DNA of 61,191 bases from Bacillota bacterium (GTDB lineage: Bacteria; Bacillota; Sulfobacillia; JACIYH01). Below, one piece after another: positions 18,171 through 25,921 of the stretch. The stretch lies in assembly GCA_014360055.1 (NCBI GenBank), contig JACIYH010000005.1, positions 1-61,191 of the forward strand. Direction: 5' to 3'. The position numbers and the translations under genes are program-made. Each line of letters starts with the position of its first letter. Positions within the stretch are counted from its first letter, which is position 1. The notes under the pieces were generated by a model, which was not told the origin of the DNA, made no database searches, and saw only the letters and a program-made list of their open reading frames with translations.

Positions 18171-18906
18171 GCTGGATGTTGCCCCAGGCCGCCAGGCGGG
18201 TGTCCCTGATGAGCACCGCCCCGGCGAGCCCGGGGATCTGGCGGGCCCGTTCCAGGGCAGCTGTAAGGTCATCCTCGCCGCCCACCAGGTTGCCCAGGCA
18301 GGTGGCCGCCGCATCGGCGAGGGCCCCCGAGGGCGCGACTGCCACGGCGGCATCGGCCTGCCCCAGGCTGAGGGAGTGGCCCCAGCGCCCGGCCGAGGTG
18401 CACACCGCCACCGGTTGCCCGTCGCCGGAGACCAGAAGGCCCGTGCGAAGTGAGAAGGGCGACGTCCCCGCCAGGATGGCCACCCGCCGGGGCCTGTACG
18501 TACAAATGAAGATGTCCCCGCCGTTTTCGACGATCACCTCGCGCACGCTGCCGAGGAGGGCGCGCCCCACCCGTTCGGCCACGGCGCCAGCCACCGCCGC
18601 CATGGGGCCGACCCCAGCGCAGGCGGCCGCCCGCGCCATCTCGCAAACCAGGGGCGGGGCGTGGGCGGGCAGCGTCAGCGGTACCAGGGAGGTCAGGAAG
18701 GCGGGATCCCGCCCGGCGTACCCTTCGATCTCCGACCGGGCGAGGTGCAGTGCCTGTTCTGCCCGTTGGGGCAGGTCGTCCGTCCAGCTGGAACGGTCCA
18801 CCGCCACCCACAGGTCGCTCTCGCCCTCCCGGACCCGGAAGGCCGCCAGGTCGGGACTCCCCATCACGTGCCGGTAAAACCGCTCTTCCACCTGCACGGG
18901 TATCAC
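18157..18906 (-). CDS. UPF0280/COG2122 ApbE-like protein (sulfide assimilation associated)
   Basis: ESDLWV, VGPMAAVAGAVAE, VIVENGGDIF, VCTSAGRWGHSLSLGQADA; GTGA overlap with the upstream stop. Confidence 0.85.
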   Translation of the reverse strand: MIPVQVEERFYRHVMGSPDLAAFRVREGESDLWVAVDRSSWTDDLPQRAEQALHLARSEIEGYAGRDPAFLTSLVPLTLPAHAPPLVCEMARAAACAGVGPMAAVAGAVAERVGRALLGSVREVIVENGGDIFICTYRPRRVAILAGTSPFSLRTGLLVSGDGQPVAVCTSAGRWGHSLSLGQADAAVAVAPSGALADAAATCLGNLVGGEDDLTAALERARQIPGLAGAVLIRDTRLAAWGNIQLTSL

Positions 18907-20516
18907 CTCTCCCCGGCTGACGCCGCCGGACCGGCGGCCGGTTCCGCAGCACCGGTGGTGGCCGGTTCCGCCGGGTCGACGGCGGCCGGTTCCATCACAC
19001 CGGTTGCCGCGACTCCGCGGGCCTCGGGTACCAGGGCGCCCACCGGGCAGGTATCGGCGCACAGGCCGCAGGCGGTGCACAACTGCGGTTGCCAGACCAG
19101 TTCCCAGCTTCCCCGGTCGAGTTGCAGGGCCCCGGGCAGGCAGACCGCCGTGCAGGCCCCGCAGGCCACGCACAGTTGCCCGTGGAAGATGGGTGTTCCC
19201 CCTGCGGGCGGGGCGGCCACGTGGGCCGGCGCTGCGAGCGCGTGGGCGGGCGGGGTGACCGTGCCGGCGGGCGGGATGGCTGCGCGGGCGGGGGCTGCCA
19301 CGGCGGCAGCGGTTTCGGCCCGCGCGGGCCCGTCCGCGGCGGCGTAGTAGCCGTCTGCTTCCGGGCGGGGAGGAAGGTCGAGGGTGTGGAGGGTTGTGCG
19401 CCAGGGCAGGGGGGCGACGGGCTCGGTGAGGAGGAAGCGGCCGGAGGCCACCCACTCCTTGAGCAGGGCGGCGATCTCCCGGGCCTTGTGCAGGCTGGAC
19501 AGCGGCGCCGCCGGGACCCAGCGGTCGTGGAGGCGCACGCGTCCCGAGCGCAGCTCGGCGTAGCTCACTTCTGCCACCACCGGGCGTTCGCGGTGGGGGT
19601 GGCCGTAGTCCAGGATCACCGTGCGGATATCTTCGTCCCGTACCCCCACCTGGAGGGCCAGTTCTTCGTCCAGCAGGGGGATCGCGATACCCACACCCAC
19701 GAAGAGGGTGACGCCGTAACCGGCGAAGGTGGCGGCGCGCAGGAAACGGGGGTCCATCCCGCGCAGGTCGCCCACCAGGGCCAGGGTGGCCGCCGGCCCC
19801 ACGGGGACGTCCCCGTGCCGCCTCCGGCCGGGGAAATGCTGGGTTCCCTCCCAGGCCACGTAGCCCACGCCTCCGCCCAGGAAGACCCGTGTGCCGATGC
19901 CCACCGTGCGCAGGTGAGGGTCGTTGAGCAGGGGACTCAGCTGGCCCGCGCTGCAGTAGGTGACGTTGCCGAAGCGGGGCAGGAGCTTCCCCATGTAGGT
20001 CCGGATGACCCGGTCCGAGCCGTTGGTGGCAGCGGCGTAGTTCTGGTAGCAGTTGCGGGGGTTGAAGAGGTAGGCCTGGTTCAGACCGTGCAGGCGGATG
20101 TACGTGCGCAGGTGCCGGCGCGGGTAGCAATCGGTGCCGTAGCTTTCGGCTTCCAGGAGGACGGGCTTCCCGGCCACCAGATCTTCGATGACGTGGGCGC
20201 CGCCGTATGCCATGCCCCGGCTGCGACTGAGTTCGGTGGCACCCAGGTAGGCGTCCACCGCCGCCACCCCGGCGTGGGCGGGCACGTCGTTGAGCCGGAC
20301 CGACTGCATCTTGATGGGGGGCTCGCTGTGGCCGAAGTTCAAGAACACTCCCGAGGAGCACATGGGGGCAAAGGTGGCGGTGGTGACCACATCCACCTCC
20401 TGTGCCACCCGGCGGCCCCCTTTTTCCCGTACCAGGGGGATGACTTCCTCGGCGGTAACCACCACCGCCTTCCCCTCCCGGATGCGCTGGTTGATCTCGG
20501 CGAACGTCTTGGGCAA
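18903..20516 (-). CDS. DUF39 homocysteine biosynthesis protein (aspartate semialdehyde sulfurtransferase-like) fused to a C-terminal 4Fe-4S ferredoxin
   Basis: KTFAEINQRIREGKAVVVTAEE, VDVVTTATFAPMCSSG, YGGAHVIEDL, GTDCYPR, NPRNCYQNY; C-terminal CVACGACTAVC and CTACGLCADTCP; TTG start after GGAGG. Confidence 0.88.
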   Translation of the reverse strand: MPKTFAEINQRIREGKAVVVTAEEVIPLVREKGGRRVAQEVDVVTTATFAPMCSSGVFLNFGHSEPPIKMQSVRLNDVPAHAGVAAVDAYLGATELSRSRGMAYGGAHVIEDLVAGKPVLLEAESYGTDCYPRRHLRTYIRLHGLNQAYLFNPRNCYQNYAAATNGSDRVIRTYMGKLLPRFGNVTYCSAGQLSPLLNDPHLRTVGIGTRVFLGGGVGYVAWEGTQHFPGRRRHGDVPVGPAATLALVGDLRGMDPRFLRAATFAGYGVTLFVGVGIAIPLLDEELALQVGVRDEDIRTVILDYGHPHRERPVVAEVSYAELRSGRVRLHDRWVPAAPLSSLHKAREIAALLKEWVASGRFLLTEPVAPLPWRTTLHTLDLPPRPEADGYYAAADGPARAETAAAVAAPARAAIPPAGTVTPPAHALAAPAHVAAPPAGGTPIFHGQLCVACGACTAVCLPGALQLDRGSWELVWQPQLCTACGLCADTCPVGALVPEARGVAATGVMEPAAVDPAEPATTGAAEPAAGPAASAGER

Positions 20517-20557
20517 AGCGCTTACCTCCCCCGGACGGGGGACCCCCGGGAGTCCGG

Positions 20558-20592
20558 AAAACGAAAAACGCCTCTCCGAGAGGAAGAGGCGT
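20558..20592 (-). terminator. Intrinsic terminator of the SAM riboswitch expression platform
   Basis: Minus strand reads ACGCCTCT-loop-AGAGGCGT followed by TTTTCGTTTT. Confidence 0.8.
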
Positions 20593-20605
20593 CCAGCAGC
20601 CGGAC

Positions 20606-20744
20606 CTCTCATCTCTCGGAACCCAGGGTTCCGCAGGAGTTGGCACCGTCATCACGCTGGCGGGCCTTTGCCGTCACCGGCGCGGGCCCCGTGACCGGTT
20701 GCCGGGCTTCATCGGGCCAGTCCCTCCGCCGCTCTGGATAAGAG
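20606..20744 (-). ncRNA. SAM-I (S-box) riboswitch
   Basis: Minus strand CTCTTATCCAGAG..GGAGGGACTGGCCCGATGAAGCCCGGCAACC...GGTGCCAACTCCTGC...AGATGAGAG, upstream of a homocysteine synthesis gene. Confidence 0.95.
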
Positions 20745-20772
20745 TCCCCCGACCATATGTTGTTTGGCGCCC

Positions 20773-20802
20773 ACTATAGCACGCCGCCGCCCCTCCTGTC
20801 AA
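20773..20802 (-). promoter_or_regulatory. sigmaA promoter for the SAM-riboswitch operon
   Basis: Minus strand TTGACA-N18-TATAGT with TGn extension. Confidence 0.75.
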
Positions 20803-20892
20803 CTGGTCTGCCGCGCGTCAGACTCTGGTGCCGCACGGGCGACGGGGTACAATGGCCGGGCGAGGGGCGGCCGGGGCCAGGGGGCGGCGGCG

Positions 20893-20922
20893 TTGACAAT
20901 GAGCATGGCCGGATGCTATTTT
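20893..20922 (+). promoter_or_regulatory. sigmaA promoter of the hrcA operon
   Basis: TTGACA-N18-TATTTT with TGn extension, immediately upstream of CIRCE. Confidence 0.7.
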
Positions 20923-20933
20923 CTTGTTGGGTT

Positions 20934-20960
20934 TTAGCACTCCGCCCGTGGGAGTGCTAA
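20934..20960 (+). promoter_or_regulatory. CIRCE element (HrcA operator)
   Basis: Perfect TTAGCACTC-N9-GAGTGCTAA. Confidence 0.97.
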
Positions 20961-20969
20961 GGTGGAACG

Positions 20970-22007
20970 GTGGACGAACGCAAGCGCAGGATACTCCAGG
21001 CCATAGTCGAAGATTACGTGCTCACCGCCGAGCCGGTGGGCTCACGTACCATTGCCCGCAAGTACGGGCTGGGCGTGAGCGCGGCCACCATCCGCAACGA
21101 GATGGCGGACCTGGAAGAAATGGGGTACGTGGAGCAGCCCCATGCCTCGGCAGGGCGCATCCCGTCCGACCGCGGTTACCGGTTTTACGTTGATGAACTC
21201 ATGGAAGTGAAGCCCCTTCCGCCCTGGGTGGTGGAACGGGTGCAGGAGTTGTGCGAGGGGCGCGTCCGGGCCATGGAGGCGGTACTCCAGCAGGTGGCCC
21301 GGCTGCTGAGCGAGGTCACCAACTCCCTTGCCATCCTGGTGGGTCCCCAGGCCGGAGAGATGGTGTTCCGCAGCCTGGACCTGGTTCCGGTGGGGCCATC
21401 CCGTGCCCTGCTGGTGGCGGTGGCCGACCTGGGCCTGCTGGAGTCGGGCATGGTGGAGGTTCCCGCCGACCTAACCCCGGCTGAACTCCACTACATCTCT
21501 CAGGTGCTCACCCGCGGCCTGCGGGGTTTGTCCGTCCAGGCCCTCAGCCACACCATCCTCCGGGAACTGCAGGCCGAACTGGCGCGTTACCGCCAGGTGC
21601 TGGAACAGGTCCTGGAGATACTGGTGGCTTCGGCCCGGGAGCAGGTCCCGGACCGCATGTACCTGGTGGGCCTCAGCACCCTGCTTTCCCAGCCCGAGTT
21701 CCATGACCGGGAACGGCTGCGGGCGGTCATCTCCGTCCTCGAGCAGGAGGTGCTGGCGAAGTACCTCCTCATGGTCTCGACTGAGCGGGAGCAGGAGGCG
21801 GGGGTAACGGTGAGCATCGGCCGGGAGAACCCCCTGGGTGAGGTGCGCGACCTCAGCCTGGTGTTCACCCCGTATCGGGTGGGGGTGTCCCGGGGAAGGC
21901 TGGCCGTGGTCGGTCCCAAGCGCATGGACTACGGCCGCGTGGTGGGGGCGGTGGCGGATTTCGAGCGTCTGCTGAGCGATCTCCTGGGGAGGTGGGCCCT
22001 GGTGTGA
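20970..22007 (+). CDS. hrcA: Heat-inducible transcription repressor HrcA
   Basis: AEPVGSRT, SAATIRNEMADLEEMG, QPHASAGRIPSDRGYRFYVD, GPKRMDY. Confidence 0.96.
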   Translation: MDERKRRILQAIVEDYVLTAEPVGSRTIARKYGLGVSAATIRNEMADLEEMGYVEQPHASAGRIPSDRGYRFYVDELMEVKPLPPWVVERVQELCEGRVRAMEAVLQQVARLLSEVTNSLAILVGPQAGEMVFRSLDLVPVGPSRALLVAVADLGLLESGMVEVPADLTPAELHYISQVLTRGLRGLSVQALSHTILRELQAELARYRQVLEQVLEILVASAREQVPDRMYLVGLSTLLSQPEFHDRERLRAVISVLEQEVLAKYLLMVSTEREQEAGVTVSIGRENPLGEVRDLSLVFTPYRVGVSRGRLAVVGPKRMDYGRVVGAVADFERLLSDLLGRWALV

Positions 22008-22071
22008 GTGGGGGCCTCACCGCCCCGGGTCCGCGGTACCCGCATTTTTTTTGTGACAGGGAGGTTCTTAG

Positions 22072-23664
22072 ATGGCACTGAAGCAGGTGGCGTCCGGCGC
22101 CGAGATCGACGAAAAGCTCGCGGCCCTTTTGACCAATGCCAACGCGGTACGCGCCATTGCCTCCGCCGTGGAGGGCACCATCGGGCCCAAAGGGCTGAAC
22201 ACGCTGCTCGTCGATCGCTTCGGGGACGTGACCATCACCAACGACGGGGTCACCATCCTCACCAAGATGGACGTCAACCATCCGGCGGCCCGCATGGTCA
22301 TCAACGTGGCGCGGGCCCAGGAGCAGGAGGTGGGTGACGGGACCACCACCGCCACCATCATGGCCGGTGCCTTGCTGACCGAAGGTGTGAACCAGGCGGT
22401 GCGGGGGGTGCCGGTGACGCGCATCATCGAGGGGGTTAAGCTGGGCATCCGCAAGGCCATCGAAGAGGTGGAGGCCAGGTCGCGACCGGTGAGCGGGGTG
22501 GACGATCCCGTCCTGCGCCGGGTGGCTTACGTCTCCGGACGGGAACAGGAGGACATCGCCGACCTGGCGGTCCGGGCGGCCGCCCTGGTGGGCCGGGAGA
22601 AGCTCCTGGACCGGTCCTTCAAGCTTTCCGATACCGTGGTGGCCAAAGCGGGGGCCGAGAACGAGGTCTTCCTGGGCGTGATAGTGGACAAGCAGCGCAC
22701 CAACAAAGAGATGCCCAAAGAGGTAGCGCCGGTGCGGGTGCTGGTGGTGGACGACGCCCTGGAGCCCGAGGAGATCGAGGAGGAGGCCCTGGGCACCGAG
22801 GCGGGTTTCAACCGGTACATGCAGCTCCAGGAGGAATTCCGGGCTAACGTGCGCAAGGTGATCTCCCTCGGGGTCAACCTGGTGGTGGTGGACCGGGGTG
22901 TAGACGAGGTGGCAGAGGAGATGTTCACCGACGCCGGGGTGATGGTGCTGCAGCGGGTTTCCTCACGGGAGTTGCGCCAGGTGGCCGAGCACACCGGGGC
23001 CCGGGCGGTCAAGCGCACCGCCCTGCGTAAGGAGCCGGCGGAACTCGAGAAGTACCTGGGAGCGGCCGACCGGGCCTATGAGGACGAGAAGCTGGAGCAC
23101 GTACGGGTACTGGGTGGCAGGGGCAAGCCCATGGCCACCATCCTGGTGGGTGCTGCCACCCAGGAGGTGGTGGGAGAGCGCGAGCGCATCGCCAAAGACG
23201 CCACCTCCGCAGTGCAGGCGGCGGTGCGGGGGGGCGTAGTCGCCGGCGGCGGGGCCATTGAGTTGGCCGTCTCCCGGGAAGTGGAGAAGCTGCGGGCGAG
23301 CGTACGCGGCATGGCGGCATACGGGGTGGACTGTGTGGCGGAAGCCCTCAAGAAGCCGCTCTCCCAGATCGTGGCCAATGCCGGCTTCAACCCCCTTGAG
23401 AAGGTGGGGGACGTGATGGCCGCCCAGGTGGAGAGGGGTTCCGACTCGCTGGCCGTCGACTGCGACACCGGCGAAGTGGTGGACATGTACGAGGCGGGTG
23501 TCCTTGACCCCACTCCCGTCAAGACCTACGCCCTGCGGGCGGCGGGGGAGATCGCGGAGGCTATCCTGCGCATCGACACCATCATAAAGAAGAAGGATGA
23601 GGGAGGACCCGGCCAGCAGGGCGGAGAAGAAGGCGCGGCCGGCGAGGACGAGCCGGATTTCTGA
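22072..23664 (+). CDS. Thermosome-like TCP-1/cpn60 chaperonin (bacterial group III type)
   Basis: GTIGPKGLNTLLVD, ITNDGVTIL, VNHPAARM, EVGDGTTTA, GGGAIE, AILRID; lacks the GroEL N-terminus, the GGM tail and an adjacent groES. Confidence 0.9.
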   Translation: MALKQVASGAEIDEKLAALLTNANAVRAIASAVEGTIGPKGLNTLLVDRFGDVTITNDGVTILTKMDVNHPAARMVINVARAQEQEVGDGTTTATIMAGALLTEGVNQAVRGVPVTRIIEGVKLGIRKAIEEVEARSRPVSGVDDPVLRRVAYVSGREQEDIADLAVRAAALVGREKLLDRSFKLSDTVVAKAGAENEVFLGVIVDKQRTNKEMPKEVAPVRVLVVDDALEPEEIEEEALGTEAGFNRYMQLQEEFRANVRKVISLGVNLVVVDRGVDEVAEEMFTDAGVMVLQRVSSRELRQVAEHTGARAVKRTALRKEPAELEKYLGAADRAYEDEKLEHVRVLGGRGKPMATILVGAATQEVVGERERIAKDATSAVQAAVRGGVVAGGGAIELAVSREVEKLRASVRGMAAYGVDCVAEALKKPLSQIVANAGFNPLEKVGDVMAAQVERGSDSLAVDCDTGEVVDMYEAGVLDPTPVKTYALRAAGEIAEAILRIDTIIKKKDEGGPGQQGGEEGAAGEDEPDF

Positions 23665-23699
23665 ATCCCTGCCTGCTGGGCGGGTGTGGCCCGGGAGGG

Positions 23700-24026
23700 G
23701 TGGCTTTGCAGAATCCACCCGCGCCCAACGCTGGTGATCCCCTGGCACCGGCGGGGGAGGATCCCCTGGTACTGAAGGTGGCGGGGTACCTGGCGGACGT
23801 CTTCCGGGAGCGCACCGGGGTGGATGTGCGTTCGGACCCGGCGGCGTGGGACAAAGTCGTGCGGGCGGCACGGCGGGCGCGCCGGGAACTGGGGCGCTCC
23901 ACCGCGTACAATGTGTCCCTTCCGTTCCTGTTGAAGGGGACCGAAGGACCCCTTCACCTGGACGTAGTGATCACCCAGCGCCAGTTCCTCGAACTCATGA
24001 TGGGGGAGGCACCCGAGGAGGCTTAG
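23700..24026 (+). CDS. Stand-alone DnaK/Hsp70 subdomain IIB-like protein (108 aa)
   Basis: NAGDPLAPAGED..YLADVFRERTGVDVRSDPAAWDKVVRAARRARRELG..NVSLPFL...GPLHLDVVITQRQFLEL aligns by eye with DnaK NGDTHLGGED..LADEFKKE.GIDLRKD.MALQRLKEAAEKAKIELS..INLPFI..GPKHL...LTRAKFEEL; RBS GGGAGGGG. Confidence 0.7.
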   Translation: MALQNPPAPNAGDPLAPAGEDPLVLKVAGYLADVFRERTGVDVRSDPAAWDKVVRAARRARRELGRSTAYNVSLPFLLKGTEGPLHLDVVITQRQFLELMMGEAPEEA

Positions 24027-24029
24027 GCT

Positions 24030-25139
24030 TTGCCAGAGCGGCGGAATTACTACGAGATCCTCGGTGTGGGCCGGGATGCCAGCCCCGATGAGATCAAGAA
24101 GGCGTACCGGCGCCTGGCGCGGCAGTACCACCCGGACGCCAATCCCGGGGACCCCACCGCCGAGGAGAAGTTCAAGCAAATAAACGAAGCGTACGCCGTC
24201 CTGTCTGACCCCGAGAAGCGCGCCCGCTACGATGCCTATGGTGAGGTGGGGGGCGCCGCTGACCTGGGGAGTCCTTTTGCCGGCATCCAGGACCTCTTCG
24301 ATATGTTTTTCGGTACCGGTCGCCCCCGGGGCCCGCGGCCGCGGGAACCCAAGCGCGGGGCTGACCTGCGCCTTGACCTGGACATCACGCTGGAAGAAGC
24401 ATTTTCCGGGGTGGAGAAGGAGCTGGAAGTGCCGCGCGTGGAGCGGTGTCCCATTTGCGACGGCACCGGCGCCCGACCCGGTAGTCCGCCGGCGACCTGC
24501 TCCCGCTGCCGCGGGACCGGGCAGGTGGAGACGGTGTCCGACAGCCTGCTGGGGCGGTTCGTTTCCATCCGGACCTGTCCCACCTGCGGCGGTGAGGGCA
24601 CGGTGGTGACCGACCCCTGCCCGGACTGCGGCGGCCTGGGGCGCGTGCGCCGGGTGAGGCACATCCGGGTGAAGGTGCCCGCCGGGGCAGACAGTGGCCT
24701 GCGGTTGCGCCTGGCCGAAGAGGGAGAGCCCGGCACCCGGGGCGGACCGCCCGGTGACCTCTACGTGGACATCCACGTGCGGCCCCACCGGTTCTTCCGC
24801 CGGGACGGTGATGACCTGCACTGCGAAGTGACGGTCAGCTTCATCCAGGCCGCCCTGGGGACCCTGCTCGAGATCCCCACGCTGGACGGGTCCGCCCGCG
24901 TAAAGGTACCCGAGGGTACCCAACCGGGAGCGGTGGTGCGCCTGCGGGGCGCAGGTATGCCCCGGTTGCGCGGGGGGGGCCGGGGGGACCTGCACGTGCA
25001 CCTTGACGTGCGCACACCCACCGGGCTGAGTCCCCGCGAAAAGGAGCTGTTGCGGGAGCTGGCCGCCATCCGCGGCGAGGGCGTGAAGGAGAAGGATAAG
25101 GGGCTATGGGGGCGCGTGAAGGAAGCGTGGAACAGTTGA
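24030..25139 (+). CDS. dnaJ: Molecular chaperone DnaJ
   Basis: YYEILGV, HPD, four CxxCxGxG repeats, C-terminal domain. Confidence 0.96.
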   Translation: MPERRNYYEILGVGRDASPDEIKKAYRRLARQYHPDANPGDPTAEEKFKQINEAYAVLSDPEKRARYDAYGEVGGAADLGSPFAGIQDLFDMFFGTGRPRGPRPREPKRGADLRLDLDITLEEAFSGVEKELEVPRVERCPICDGTGARPGSPPATCSRCRGTGQVETVSDSLLGRFVSIRTCPTCGGEGTVVTDPCPDCGGLGRVRRVRHIRVKVPAGADSGLRLRLAEEGEPGTRGGPPGDLYVDIHVRPHRFFRRDGDDLHCEVTVSFIQAALGTLLEIPTLDGSARVKVPEGTQPGAVVRLRGAGMPRLRGGGRGDLHVHLDVRTPTGLSPREKELLRELAAIRGEGVKEKDKGLWGRVKEAWNS

Positions 25140-25921
25140 GCCGCCCCCACGCCCGCTTCGCCGTAGAGGCGACGGCCATCCGGGGGGACGAGGTGACCTT
25201 CGGGCCCGAGACGGCGCGGCAACTGGCGCGCGTCTTACGCTTCCGGCCGGGTGAAGTCCTGACGGTGTTGGTGGAGGGCCGCGAGATCGCCGTCCGCCTC
25301 GAGCACCTGGAACCCGGGCGGGCAAGGGGGCGGGTGCTGGGACCCGTCGAACGTTTCAGCGAGCCCGGCCTGACGGTGGCCGTCGTGCAGGCCCTCCTCA
25401 AGGGAGATCGCACCGACCTGGTGGTCCAGAAGGCCACCGAACTGGGGGCCAGCCACATCTTCCCCGTGGTGACCGCCCGTACGGTGGTCCGGCCCGAGGC
25501 GGGCACCGGCCGCCTGAGGCGGTGGGAAAAGATCGCCCGCGAGGCGGCGGAGCAATCCCTGCGCACCCGGGTGCCCGCGCTCCATCCCCCGCAGGATCTG
25601 GCAGCCGCCGTCGGGCAGGCGCGGGACCTGTTACCGCAGGCCGGCCTGATCGTGCTGTGGGAGGAAGAGGAGCGGGTGGGTCTCTGGGATCTCCTGCCGT
25701 GCGTGGGGCCGGATATCATACTGGTGATGGGGCCCGAAGGAGGGCTCACCCGTCAGGAGGTGGATGGTATCCTGGCCCTGGGAGGCAGGTCCGCCAGCCT
25801 GGGCACCCGCATCCTCCGTTCGGAGACGGCGACCCTGGCCGCCCTCACCCTGGTACTGGCGGCCCGCGGTGAACTGGGCCGGGCTCCCGGAAGACCGGCG
25901 GAGAGGGGTTCCCCGGCTTGA
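25127..25921 (+). CDS. rsmE: 16S rRNA m3U1498 methyltransferase RsmE
   Basis: [32 protein letters not shown]. Confidence 0.92.
   Translation: MEQLSRPHARFAVEATAIRGDEVTFGPETARQLARVLRFRPGEVLTVLVEGREIAVRLEHLEPGRARGRVLGPVERFSEPGLTVAVVQALLKGDRTDLVVQKATELGASHIFPVVTARTVVRPEAGTGRLRRWEKIAREAAEQSLRTRVPALHPPQDLAAAVGQARDLLPQAGLIVLWEEEERVGLWDLLPCVGPDIILVMGPEGGLTRQEVDGILALGGRSASLGTRILRSETATLAALTLVLAARGELGRAPGRPAERGSPA

Noticed and set aside
18157-20655. 832-aa minus-strand ORF suggesting a giant fusion protein
   Set aside because: Only the last 249 codons (from GTG 18906) are UPF0280-like. The rest is an off-frame shadow of the DUF39 gene and runs into the riboswitch.
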